Assembly: GCA_050951325.1 (NCBI GenBank)
Contig: JBMNIW010000003.1
Location: 256,001 to 320,000 of the forward strand
Source: Clostridia bacterium
Lineage (GTDB): Bacteria > Bacillota > Clostridia > UBA1212 > DUPL01
Direction: 5' to 3'
DNA length: 64,000 bases
Under the pieces are notes generated by a model, which saw only the letters and a program-made list of their open reading frames with translations, ran no database searches and was not told where the DNA came from. Position numbers and translations under genes: made by a program. The number at the start of each line of letters is the position of its first letter. Position 1 is the first letter of the stretch. This document shows, one piece after another, positions 30,291 to 39,823 of this stretch.

Positions 30291-30338
30291 CATAGACCGT
30301 CTTGGTCTATGGTAACATAATAGACCATGGTGGTCAAT
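30291..30338 (-). promoter_or_regulatory. promoter with two palindromic TetR operators
   Basis: CATAGACC-N5-GGTCTATG and ATAGACC-N5-GGTCAAT overlapping TTGACC-17-TACCAT on the minus strand. Confidence 0.75.
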
Positions 30339-30414
30339 AGTTTTTACATAAAAAACCTTTAAAAACCAAAAATAAATGGTATAATAGTTGGAATAAAAAA
30401 AAGGAGGGGGAAAA

Positions 30415-32166
30415 TTGTTTTTCTTTGATGGTTCCTTTGGCACATACTATAAACAAATAACAAAACAGGATACATTGCCCGAGCATGCAAATATAAACAA
30501 CCCGGACATCGTATTCAAAATTCACAAAGGGTACGTAAACGCAGGCAGCAACGCAATAACCACCAACACCTTTTGTGCAAACTCATTAGCCTTCTCAACC
30601 AAAGAGGAAATTGAAGACTGCATAAAAAGAGGGTATGAAATTGCTAAAAAAGCTGCAGGCAACAACACTATGGTATTTGCCGATATTGGGTATGTTTACG
30701 ACAACTCCAACGAGATCTTTGACAATCCACAGGAGGAATACCTTTTCATTGCAGATACTTTCCTTAAGCTTGGGGCAAAAAACTTTCTGTTTGAAACGTT
30801 TGCAGAGTACGAAGTCGCAAAGCATGCAATGAAATATATCAGGCAGCATGACAAAGACGCAACAATCCATATTACCTTTGCAGTTTCACCGGACGGACTT
30901 ACAAGCAAAGGTCTAAACTATATTGATTTGATTAAAAGTGTAGTAAAGGACAATCTGGCAGATGGGACGGGACTAAACTGCATCTGCGGACCTGCCCATA
31001 TAAAGCAATTGATGGCTCAATTAATACAAACAGAAAACATTAACTTAAAACTCATAGCCATGCCCAACTCAGGCTACCCCTCAAGAGTTGACAACATGTA
31101 TTTTTATGATAATAACTCAAGCTATTTCGCAAAAGTTATGGCGGAAATCGCAGACCTTGGAATTTCTATACTTGGAGGCTGCTGCGGAACCAGCCCTGTT
31201 CACATAGAAAGAATGATTGATTATTTAACAAACAAGAAGGCGTCCATCCTTAATACAAACGACATAGGAAAAAGAAAAGAAAAAGATAACGAAGAAGTAA
31301 AAAGAAGTGTATTTTCGCAAAAGCTTGAAAAGGGAGAAAAGCCTATAGCAGTGGAACTGGATCCACCCCTTGACACGGATATCGGTTTTCTTGTTTCCTC
31401 TGCACAGGAGCTTAAGAAGCACGGAGCAGACGTGCTGACCTTCGCAGACTCCCCTCTTGCAAGAACAAGAGCCTGCAGCTTCCTTACAGCATCAAGAATC
31501 AAAAGGGAAGCGGATGTTGATGTTATGCCTCATATGACCTGTAGGGATAAAAACAATATAGGTATATCCTCAACCCTTATAGGTGGAGCAATTGACGGGA
31601 TAGGAAATATTCTCTGTGTAACAGGAGATCCGGCTAGCCACGGTACAAAGGGAGTATTTTCCTTCAACTCCTACAATCTTATCGAATATGTAAACAGGAT
31701 GAACAGTGAATACTTCAAATCCACCCCCTACTTCATAGGGGCCGCCCTGAACACAAGCGCTCCCAACTTCAAAAACGAGCTTGCAAGAGCTTTGAAGAAG
31801 GAAGAGATGGGTGCAAACTTCTTCATGACCCAGCCCATCTATTCAAAGGAGAACATAAAAAACTTAAAGGAGGCAAAAAAATCTCTTAATTCATACATCC
31901 TTGCGGGTATCCTGCCTTTTGCCAGTTACAAGAATGCTCTGTTTTTGAACAACGAGGTTTCAGGCATAGAGATACCAAAAGAAGTTTTGGATTCTCTGGA
32001 AGGAAAATCAAACGAGGAAGTAAGAGAAATCTCCATCTCATATGCGCTTGACATAACAGACAAGGTTTATGACATATGTGATGGTCTGTATATAATGATA
32101 CCACTTAAAAGAACTGACATAGTAATTGAAATACTTGAAAAAGTAAAATCCAGGAGGAAAATATGA
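30415..32166 (+). CDS. bifunctional homocysteine S-methyltransferase / methylenetetrahydrofolate reductase (YitJ-like)
   Basis: FDG..GT, GLNC, GGCCGT Zn ligands; VELDPP, H.TCRD, TGDP, F.MTQP. Confidence 0.9.
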   Translation: MFFFDGSFGTYYKQITKQDTLPEHANINNPDIVFKIHKGYVNAGSNAITTNTFCANSLAFSTKEEIEDCIKRGYEIAKKAAGNNTMVFADIGYVYDNSNEIFDNPQEEYLFIADTFLKLGAKNFLFETFAEYEVAKHAMKYIRQHDKDATIHITFAVSPDGLTSKGLNYIDLIKSVVKDNLADGTGLNCICGPAHIKQLMAQLIQTENINLKLIAMPNSGYPSRVDNMYFYDNNSSYFAKVMAEIADLGISILGGCCGTSPVHIERMIDYLTNKKASILNTNDIGKRKEKDNEEVKRSVFSQKLEKGEKPIAVELDPPLDTDIGFLVSSAQELKKHGADVLTFADSPLARTRACSFLTASRIKREADVDVMPHMTCRDKNNIGISSTLIGGAIDGIGNILCVTGDPASHGTKGVFSFNSYNLIEYVNRMNSEYFKSTPYFIGAALNTSAPNFKNELARALKKEEMGANFFMTQPIYSKENIKNLKEAKKSLNSYILAGILPFASYKNALFLNNEVSGIEIPKEVLDSLEGKSNEEVREISISYALDITDKVYDICDGLYIMIPLKRTDIVIEILEKVKSRRKI

Positions 32167-32939
32167 TAATTATTGGAGAAAAATTAAACAGTTCAATCCC
32201 ATCCATTCAGACGGCAATGGAAACACGCAACAAAGAAGAGATTTTGAAAGTTATTAAAGAACAGGCGGAAAACGGGGCTGATTTTCTTGATGTCAATACA
32301 GCCTTGTTATCTAATGAAGAAGATGCAATGAAATGGATAATAGAGATGATTATGAAGAATACGGATGTCGGAATCATGCTGGACTCGCCAAATCCGAAAG
32401 TTGTGCAGGCATGCATAAAGGACATTAAAGACAGAAAAGTCATAATCAACTCTGTTACACTGGTCGACAGGCAAGAATATATTGATATTGCGCTTGAATA
32501 CAATGCAGGAATTGTCGCCCTGCCCATTGATAGTAGAATGCCCGATACCTTGGAGAAAAGGTATGAAAACATAGACAGATTAATTGAGCTCCTAACTTCC
32601 AGAGGTATAAAAAAAGATTCAATATATGTGGACATTCTGGTTGAGTCGCTGGCTGTAAATCCAGGCAGCTCCGATGAATCCATAAATACATTGAATTATG
32701 TAAAGGAAAAGTATAGCGGTATAAAAACCACTTGCGGCCTTTCAAATATCTCCTTCGGGCTTCCAAAAAGAGCACTTGTAAATTGCGCCTTTTTAACAAT
32801 TGCAGTAGCCAACGGACTTGATTCCGCAATCATGAACAACACATCCCGCATGCTGATGGATACTCTCCATGCCGCATTGGCAGTAAGCGGACAAGATGAA
32901 TACTGTCTTGAATATATTCAATATGTAAGAAACAATTAA
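32163..32939 (+). CDS. methyltetrahydrofolate:corrinoid methyltransferase (pterin-binding, AcsE/MeTr-like)
   Basis: MIIIGEKLN, GADFLDVN, LDSP, INS, GLSNISFGLP.R, GLDSAI. Confidence 0.9.
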   Translation: MIIIGEKLNSSIPSIQTAMETRNKEEILKVIKEQAENGADFLDVNTALLSNEEDAMKWIIEMIMKNTDVGIMLDSPNPKVVQACIKDIKDRKVIINSVTLVDRQEYIDIALEYNAGIVALPIDSRMPDTLEKRYENIDRLIELLTSRGIKKDSIYVDILVESLAVNPGSSDESINTLNYVKEKYSGIKTTCGLSNISFGLPKRALVNCAFLTIAVANGLDSAIMNNTSRMLMDTLHAALAVSGQDEYCLEYIQYVRNN

Positions 32940-32944
32940 CAAAC

Positions 32945-33517
32945 TTAGAGAGTACTTCTGTTCTGCCTTACCTCATTGAGATTCTTTTCAAGTTGGGCTT
33001 CCAGTTTTGCCAACATGTCGTCTACATACTCTCTTCCACCAAGGCGTATTTCTCTTGCTTGCTTCTTGGCGTCCTCAAGCATGTTCTTTGCCTGCTCGGT
33101 TGCCATTCTTGTAATCTGATGCTGGTCAATGAGTTCCATCTGCTTGTGTTTTGCTTCATTTACAATTATCTCAGCTTCCTCATTGGCCATGCGCAGTTTT
33201 TCATCCGCCATTGCCTCTGCCTGCTTCAATGTCTCACGGGCTTCCCTCTGAGCATCCCTTACAAGCATTTCAGCTTCCTGATTTGCTTCACGAAGGGTCT
33301 TGTCGGCTTCGGCTCTGGCCTCGCCCATTATGGAATCCCTCTCCTTCAGCAGGTACTGCGCCTGTTTGATGTCATTTGGAAGAGAATCCTTTATAGCAGT
33401 AATAATAGCCATAATCTCATCAAAGTCCACTACCCTTTTATTCCCTATTAGAGCCTTCTTGCTTTGATTTATGTATGCTTCCAGCTCCGCCAACAACTTC
33501 ACACAGCCTATTTTCAT
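32945..33517 (-). CDS. conserved coiled-coil protein downstream of coaD (DivIVA/ATPase-b-like)
   Basis: LP..IKQA, A..EA repeats, G...Y.D..L. Confidence 0.8.
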   Translation of the reverse strand: MKIGCVKLLAELEAYINQSKKALIGNKRVVDFDEIMAIITAIKDSLPNDIKQAQYLLKERDSIMGEARAEADKTLREANQEAEMLVRDAQREARETLKQAEAMADEKLRMANEEAEIIVNEAKHKQMELIDQHQITRMATEQAKNMLEDAKKQAREIRLGGREYVDDMLAKLEAQLEKNLNEVRQNRSTL

Positions 33518-33518
33518 T

Positions 33519-34034
33519 TCATGTCTCCTCCTGCATTTTGAATCTCTGCTGCATCATACTGGTTATATCATCAACTACCTCATCGGGAACCAGCCCTTTT
33601 ATGTCTCCACCGTGTTTTGCAAGCTCCTTGACAATGCTGGAGCTCAGGAATGAGTTCTGTATATCAGACATCAGAAAAATCGTTTCAATATCATTGTCAA
33701 TATGCTTGTTGAGCATTGCCATTTGCAGCTCATACTCATAATCGGAAACAGCCCTCAAACCCTTTACTATGGTTGAAGCACCATTGTCCTTGACAAAATC
33801 AACCAAAAGGCCGTTGAACATCTTGACCTCAACATTGGGAAGTTCCATTATACACTTGCCTATCAGCGCAACCCTTTCCTCCATTGTGAAAATTGGATTC
33901 TTGAAATTATTATTAAGCACGCCAACAATAAGCTTGTCAAAAAGTCTGGAAGCCCTTTTAATAATATCCAAATGTCCATTAGTTACAGGATCAAAACTTC
34001 CTGGATAAACGCCAATTCTACCCAATTTGCTCAT
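33519..34034 (-). CDS. coaD: phosphopantetheine adenylyltransferase
   Basis: [28 protein letters not shown]. Confidence 0.97.
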   Translation of the reverse strand: MSKLGRIGVYPGSFDPVTNGHLDIIKRASRLFDKLIVGVLNNNFKNPIFTMEERVALIGKCIMELPNVEVKMFNGLLVDFVKDNGASTIVKGLRAVSDYEYELQMAMLNKHIDNDIETIFLMSDIQNSFLSSSIVKELAKHGGDIKGLVPDEVVDDITSMMQQRFKMQEET

Positions 34035-34040
34035 TAATCA

Positions 34041-34598
34041 TCAAACCTTTCTAGTAAACAATGTTAGTGATGTTTTTCCATAATGTTTTGTCTTGCTTTT
34101 TTTAAAACAACCTATACAATCGACCAATTCATCCTGTTTTGAATGTTCCGCCAATACAATGCATTCATCATTGCATATGTCATGTTCCGTCATGGCTTCA
34201 AGGCACCCTTCAATCATTTCCTTCCCATAAGGAGGATCCAAAAGTATAATGTCAGCCTTTACCTCCATCCTGTGTAAAAGCTGGATGAACTTCGAATAAT
34301 CGAGATTGTGGACAGATGCTCTGTCATTAAAATCTGTATTCCTAAGGTTTTCCTCGACAACCCTGCAGCATTGCCTTGACATGTCGTTGAAATATGCGTA
34401 CTTTGCACCCCTGCTCAAAGCTTCAATGCCAAGGCTGCCGTTTCCTGCAAAAACATCAACTACTGTCGCATCATGTATCCATGGCAAAAGTATGGAAAAC
34501 ATTGCCTCCTTCACTCTGTCCAGGGTAGGTCGTGTATTATTTGAATCAATCGTTTTCAACTTGCGACCTTTGGCAGTGCCGGCAATAACTCTTACCAT
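34041..34598 (-). CDS. rsmD: 16S rRNA m2G966 methyltransferase
   Basis: RVIAG..KG, TRPT.DRVKE, GIEALSRGA, DPPY. Confidence 0.96.
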   Translation of the reverse strand: MVRVIAGTAKGRKLKTIDSNNTRPTLDRVKEAMFSILLPWIHDATVVDVFAGNGSLGIEALSRGAKYAYFNDMSRQCCRVVEENLRNTDFNDRASVHNLDYSKFIQLLHRMEVKADIILLDPPYGKEMIEGCLEAMTEHDICNDECIVLAEHSKQDELVDCIGCFKKSKTKHYGKTSLTLFTRKV

Positions 34599-34615
34599 AA
34601 ATTCCTCCATGACAA

Positions 34616-34651
34616 TTATTCATTAAGGGCCTGAGGCCCTTATGAATAATA
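34616..34651 (-). terminator. intrinsic terminator
   Basis: TATTCAT(T)AAGGGCC-TGA-GGCCCTTATGAATA hairpin. Confidence 0.65.
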
Positions 34652-34675
34652 CAACACAATATTGTCTTTTGTCAA

Positions 34676-35779
34676 TTATTTGTATACACCCATGTCATGC
34701 ACCGCCTGATACATGGCAACTACATTCTCAGGCGGCGTATTATCCTGTATTGCGTGGGTTGGAGAGAAGAAATATCCGCCATGCGGCATCATAATATCCA
34801 AAATTTCCTTAACATTCTTTCTGACATCCTCAACAGTACCATATGCAAGAGGACCTGCAGTTGACATGCAACCATGATACGAAAGTCTTTTGCCAAAATT
34901 ATTTATGAGATACTCAGGAGACATGTTAACGGCTTCAGGCTGAAGCGTGTCCACGCAATCCACACCCATTTCAATAAAATCCTCATAGACCCAGCTGGAG
35001 GAACCGCAGCTATGTACCCTAACATACTTTCCATAGGATTTTGCCAGGTCAATATATTCCTTATGCAAAGGTTTCAAAACCCTTCTGTAAGTTTCCAGTG
35101 ATATCATCGGGCCTCTTTGTGTTCCGAGGTCTTCTCCTATCCATACAAAATCTATATCATCCCCGCCCAGTTCCAGGAGTCTCTCAAGAATACCCAGCTC
35201 CATGTCGCATCTCCTGCGTATGTACGTCATGGTTGCCTCGTCTTCCGTATAAATATTGACAAGTGTATCTTCCATACCCATGACTCTTCCCGTCGAATTT
35301 ATAATATCACAAAAACCTGCATTGCCTACATACAAGGCAAGATTCTTGCTCTTGAAATATCTTAGGTTCTCCAGCGCCTTGTCATAGTCAAACTCATCAG
35401 GACTTGGAACATGGAAGGATGCAATTGTTTCAGGATCAGCGTCTTTCAAGGGAAAATCACAAAAGTCATAGTATCCGCCCGCCTCATTTTCCACCCATTT
35501 TACATAGAATCCATATACCGGATTAACTATCCTGCCTTCCAGCTGCCTGAACTTGTTCTCACCCTTGAAGGGGGCATCAATGCTTCTTTCATCCGCTCCT
35601 ATTGCCTGATAAAAAGCTTCAAAGTCCGTTGGTGGAATACCAATAAGTTTTGACACCTTTTCATGAATCAACATGTTTGTAAAGTAGGAAATGGGGACCC
35701 TGTCAGGTTTCTCATAAGCAAATGTCCTCAATACCCTTTCTCTTGACGTCATTGTTTCTTTTGCTTTACTAATCGTCAT
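34676..35779 (-). CDS. uroporphyrinogen decarboxylase / MtaA-like methyltransferase family protein
   Basis: MTSRERV, PDRVP, GEDLGTQ, HSCG, PTHAIQ..TP.EN. Confidence 0.88.
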   Translation of the reverse strand: MTISKAKETMTSRERVLRTFAYEKPDRVPISYFTNMLIHEKVSKLIGIPPTDFEAFYQAIGADERSIDAPFKGENKFRQLEGRIVNPVYGFYVKWVENEAGGYYDFCDFPLKDADPETIASFHVPSPDEFDYDKALENLRYFKSKNLALYVGNAGFCDIINSTGRVMGMEDTLVNIYTEDEATMTYIRRRCDMELGILERLLELGGDDIDFVWIGEDLGTQRGPMISLETYRRVLKPLHKEYIDLAKSYGKYVRVHSCGSSSWVYEDFIEMGVDCVDTLQPEAVNMSPEYLINNFGKRLSYHGCMSTAGPLAYGTVEDVRKNVKEILDIMMPHGGYFFSPTHAIQDNTPPENVVAMYQAVHDMGVYK

Positions 35780-35921
35780 TACAATCCTCCCAAAACTTTT
35801 TAATCAGCAATCTATAACTTAACAAAATACTAACACACCTGTACCATCATTACAATAGACTATATTTATTTGAAAAAAGATATTTTATGTAATATACTAG
35901 AAAAAGTCAGTATAGAAAAAT

Positions 35922-37988
35922 GTGGGGATGAATGGAATGGCAAGCACTCCTTTGGAAATATTTCTAAACAAAAATGTAATGGATTTAAAGGGGATAAGCG
36001 TTAAGAAGGCAGCAAGCCTGAGAAAACTGGGCATCAATACAATTAACGACATAATCATGAATATTCCCCGTTCCTACGAGGATAGGAGAAATATTAAAAA
36101 GATTGCTGATGTCATGGTGGGCGAAACAGCAACCGTAATTGGAAAGGTTGTATCTTTTGACCATGTCTTTATCCGCAGAAACCTTACCATCACCACCGTT
36201 CTCATACAGGACGGCACATCAAGTCTATTTGTAAAATTCTACAATCAGAACTATCTGGAAAAGGTGCTTGTAAAAGGAAGGGCTTATCTTTTCTATGGAA
36301 CTGTTCAGGCAGGATATGAAGGTCCAGTAATGGAAATGCCTACATATGCACGTCTTGAAAACAAGGACGTGTTTGCTGTAATACATCCGATATACAGTCT
36401 GACAAAAGGCGTATCCCAGTATATGATCCACAAGCTGGTCAAGGAAGTCCTTCACGCTGTGAAACACTTTAAAGACACAATGCCCCAATACATTGTGGAC
36501 AAGTATCACCTAATGTCAAAAGACGAAGCCCTAAGGAACATACATTTTCCGAAAAATGAAGAGTTAAGAACCAATGCAAGATTCAGGCTGGCATTTGAAG
36601 AACTTTTGGAACTGCAAATACTTCTGCATTCCATAAAGGAAGACACAATAAGCAATGCAACAGGCATTCAGTTTATAAAGAACAATACTACAAAAAAATT
36701 TATAGAAAACCTTCCTTTCAAACTAACCAATGCCCAGCTTAGAGTCTGGTCCGAAATTGAAAAGGACATGGCATCGGATAAAATAATGAACAGACTGGTT
36801 ATCGGAGACGTAGGCTCCGGCAAGACCATTGTTGCTGTTCTTGCCATACTTAATGCCATTGTAAACGGATACCAGGCACTTTACATGGCACCTACCGAGA
36901 TTCTTGCAGAACAGCATATGAAGACAGTATCTTCTTTTCTTAATCCCTTGGGAATCAAAACAGCCCTGCTTACAGGCTCATTGCCTGCAGCAAAAAAAAG
37001 ACAGCTGCTTGAGGAAATTGAAAAAGGAGAAATTCAGTGCGTTGTAGGTACTCATGCCCTTATACAAAGAAATGTGACTTACGACAATGTAGGAATAGTT
37101 ATTACTGACGAACAGCACAGGTTTGGAGTAAGGCAAAGGGCACAATTGGCAGCAAAGGGGAAAACTCCAGATGTACTCGTCATGACCGCAACACCAATAC
37201 CAAGAACTCTTGCTTTAATCCTCTACGGAGATATGGACCTGTCCACAATTGACGAACTGCCTGCAGGCAGAATACCCATAAAAACATATGCTGTAGATTC
37301 CACTATGCGGGATAGAATACTTGCATGGACTAAAAAGCTGGTAAAGCAAAACCAGCAGATATATATTGTACACCCAGCCGTTGAAGAATCTGAAAACATG
37401 AATCTTCTTTCTGCAACGGAGAACTACAAAAAGCTATCCACCACCGTCTTCAAGGACATACCAACAGGACTTGTACACGGAAAAATGTCTGCCAAGGCAA
37501 AGGAAGAAGTCATGAGGGATTTTGTTGCAGGCAAAATCAAGATCTTGTTTTCAACAACGGTAATTGAAGTTGGAGTGGATGTGCCAAATGCAACCCTAAT
37601 GATAATAGAGAATGCAGAAAGATTTGGGCTGTCACAGCTTCACCAGCTGAGAGGAAGAGTTGGCAGAAACAACATACAGTCCTACTGTGTGATGATAACT
37701 GACAGCAAGACGGACCTGGCAAAGGAAAGAATGACCATAATGGTGAAAACAAATGACGGATTTAAGATATCGGAAAAGGATCTGGAACTGAGAGGTCCTG
37801 GTGAACTTTTCGGTACCCAACAGCATGGAATACCCGAATTCAAGGTGGCAAATCTGTATGAGGATTTGGATATATTGGGTATTGCCCAGGACGCAGCCTT
37901 TACCATAATGAAAAACAGAAATGACGAGCAGACCGCATGGTATATAAAATCCGTCATAAAGAAGGCAGAAGGCATGTTTAATTTATAA
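35922..37988 (+). CDS. recG: ATP-dependent DNA helicase RecG
   Basis: GDVGSGKT, DEQHRFGV, TATPIPR, QLHQLRGRVGR, DL.LRGPG. Confidence 0.97.
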   Translation: MGMNGMASTPLEIFLNKNVMDLKGISVKKAASLRKLGINTINDIIMNIPRSYEDRRNIKKIADVMVGETATVIGKVVSFDHVFIRRNLTITTVLIQDGTSSLFVKFYNQNYLEKVLVKGRAYLFYGTVQAGYEGPVMEMPTYARLENKDVFAVIHPIYSLTKGVSQYMIHKLVKEVLHAVKHFKDTMPQYIVDKYHLMSKDEALRNIHFPKNEELRTNARFRLAFEELLELQILLHSIKEDTISNATGIQFIKNNTTKKFIENLPFKLTNAQLRVWSEIEKDMASDKIMNRLVIGDVGSGKTIVAVLAILNAIVNGYQALYMAPTEILAEQHMKTVSSFLNPLGIKTALLTGSLPAAKKRQLLEEIEKGEIQCVVGTHALIQRNVTYDNVGIVITDEQHRFGVRQRAQLAAKGKTPDVLVMTATPIPRTLALILYGDMDLSTIDELPAGRIPIKTYAVDSTMRDRILAWTKKLVKQNQQIYIVHPAVEESENMNLLSATENYKKLSTTVFKDIPTGLVHGKMSAKAKEEVMRDFVAGKIKILFSTTVIEVGVDVPNATLMIIENAERFGLSQLHQLRGRVGRNNIQSYCVMITDSKTDLAKERMTIMVKTNDGFKISEKDLELRGPGELFGTQQHGIPEFKVANLYEDLDILGIAQDAAFTIMKNRNDEQTAWYIKSVIKKAEGMFNL

Positions 37989-38022
37989 TTTTTGAACAAA
38001 TTATGGAATTTTTAATTTGGTA

Positions 38023-38052
38023 TTGATTTTTTAATACATAGTATGATATAAT
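38023..38052 (+). promoter_or_regulatory. sigmaA promoter of rpmB
   Basis: TTGATT-18-TATAAT with TGn extension. Confidence 0.55.
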
Positions 38053-38093
38053 GAGTGTTGCTGTTTAAAAAGCAAACAAGGAGGTGGATTTAA

Positions 38094-38294
38094 ATGGCAA
38101 AATGCAGTATCTGCGATAAAGGCGTTACATTCGGTCGTCGAATCAGCATAACACGTTCACAGGTCAGCAGACGTGCGAAAAGAAAATGGAAGCCAAATAT
38201 TAGAAGAGTAAAGATTGTTGATAATGGTACAACAAGATATGCCCATGTTTGCGCATCTTGCTTGAAATCGGGCAGAGTAACAAGAGCCGTTTAA
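38094..38294 (+). CDS. rpmB: 50S ribosomal protein L28
   Basis: MAKC.IC.K...FG, KR.WKPN, C..CL.SG. Confidence 0.96.
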   Translation: MAKCSICDKGVTFGRRISITRSQVSRRAKRKWKPNIRRVKIVDNGTTRYAHVCASCLKSGRVTRAV

Positions 38295-38321
38295 TCTACC
38301 TGTTATCAATAGAAGCGTGGT

Positions 38322-38358
38322 AAAAAAATTTCCCTCTGTTTGGAGAGGGATTTTTTTT
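38322..38358. terminator. bidirectional terminator rpmB/spoVM
   Basis: AAAAAAA-TTTCCCTCT...AGAGGGA-TTTTTTTT. Confidence 0.8.
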
Positions 38359-38364
38359 AGCCTT

Positions 38365-38448
38365 CTATTCAGGTGTCCTCTTCATCCTGAAAAGAAACCT
38401 TAGAACTGGTGCAACTACTTTTGGAGCTTTAACAACTAATATCTTCAT
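38365..38448 (-). CDS. spoVM: stage V sporulation protein M (27 aa, absent from ORF track)
   Basis: MKILVVKAPKVVAPVLRFLFRMKRTPE, Pro9 amphipathic helix, GAAGGGA RBS, convergent with rpmB as in Bacillus. Confidence 0.85.
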   Translation of the reverse strand: MKILVVKAPKVVAPVLRFLFRMKRTPE

Positions 38449-38552
38449 AGAGATCCCTTCTTCATTGTTCTCTTGCTATTAATATATTCAAAAATGAAAA
38501 AAAGTGTGAAACCTTCAGGTTTTGAAGCATATACATTACCGAGGTGATATAT

Positions 38553-39215
38553 ATGTTTCGAAGCTTGACGGTAAAGGCTTTTTTTTCAAAAAAGCCTATG
38601 AAAAGAATAATTGTAACCTTCAGCCTTGTAATTGCCATATGGCTTTTGTTGATTGCATTCTTCATTTATATCGAGAATCATAAAGCCTATGTCATTTCGA
38701 TAGACGACCTTTCCGTTTCCTTTCCGACAAAAATATATATTACGGAACCAGACAGTATTGAAGCAGCCATCAGGTTCAAAGAATACAAAAGCAGCAACAA
38801 TGAGTTCTGGGTCAGGTTTCCGCAAGCTTTTCAATTAAGGGAAGAGTTGTTCGAAGGCAGGGACATAACGTATCACCTTAATATAAATGGCAATGACGGT
38901 ATACACGGTTATGTTCAGATATGGCAACTTGACACGACCATGCAGGACTTTCTAAACAACGCTAGAAAGTACAAGTCCCAATCCGTATATGATTTTGAGC
39001 AGAAGGAAATCCAGCTGGGGAATAATATTAAAGGATACAAATGGTGTTATTCAGTAAAAAACCAGGATGGAGACATAGTGGCCCGGCAATCTTTCATCTC
39101 CAAACCCGGTTCTACCAAAATGTATGTTATAACACTTTACATACAAAAAAAGATGTATTCAGACGACTTTGAAAAACTCTATGACGATATACTCTATTCA
39201 GTAAGATTGCGATAA
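38553..39215 (+). CDS. membrane-anchored hypothetical protein (PsbP-like fold possible)
   Basis: GAGGTG RBS, N-terminal TM helix, I.GYVQIW, F......SVR end. Confidence 0.7.
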   Translation: MFRSLTVKAFFSKKPMKRIIVTFSLVIAIWLLLIAFFIYIENHKAYVISIDDLSVSFPTKIYITEPDSIEAAIRFKEYKSSNNEFWVRFPQAFQLREELFEGRDITYHLNINGNDGIHGYVQIWQLDTTMQDFLNNARKYKSQSVYDFEQKEIQLGNNIKGYKWCYSVKNQDGDIVARQSFISKPGSTKMYVITLYIQKKMYSDDFEKLYDDILYSVRLR

Positions 39216-39823
39216 TAGTCGCAGTGTTCTTTTATGACACATATTTCGCATTTGGGGTTTCTGGCATTACATACAGCCCTTCCGTGGTAGACAAGCTGGT
39301 GGCAGAATCTTGCGCTTCTATCAGGGGGAAGTATTTTGGCAAGGTCCATCTCAATTTTTGTAGGGTCCTTGTGTTTTGAAAGCCCTATTCTGTTGGAAAG
39401 CCTTTTTGCATGCGTGTCCACAACAACCGCCGGCTTGTTGTACACATCCCCCAGAATAATATTTGCAGTCTTCCTCCCCACCCCTGCAAGTGTCAGCAAA
39501 TCCTCCATGTTGTCGGGAACAACACATTTATATACATCTTTCAGTCTTTTACAGCATTCAATAATATTTCTTGCCTTGTTCCTGTAAAAACCCGTGGAAC
39601 GTATGTACTCTTCCAATTCATGGGCATCCGCCTCTGCAAACGCATTGCAGTCCGGGTATCTTTTAAACAGCGTTGGTGTCACCAGATTCACCCTTGCATC
39701 CGTGCACTGCGCTGCGAGAATCGTAGCTATCAAAAGCTGAAGCGGGTCGCTGTACCTAAGAGTACAGCCCGCTTCAGGATAAGCTTCTTCAAGAAGTTCC
39801 ATTATCTCTTTTATATCTTTCAC
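39194..39823 (-). CDS. nth: endonuclease III
   Basis: LIATILAAQCTD, GVGRKTAN, VDTH, C..R.P.C..C.....C. Confidence 0.96.
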   Translation of the reverse strand: MKDIKEIMELLEEAYPEAGCTLRYSDPLQLLIATILAAQCTDARVNLVTPTLFKRYPDCNAFAEADAHELEEYIRSTGFYRNKARNIIECCKRLKDVYKCVVPDNMEDLLTLAGVGRKTANIILGDVYNKPAVVVDTHAKRLSNRIGLSKHKDPTKIEMDLAKILPPDRSARFCHQLVYHGRAVCNARNPKCEICVIKEHCDYYRNLTE

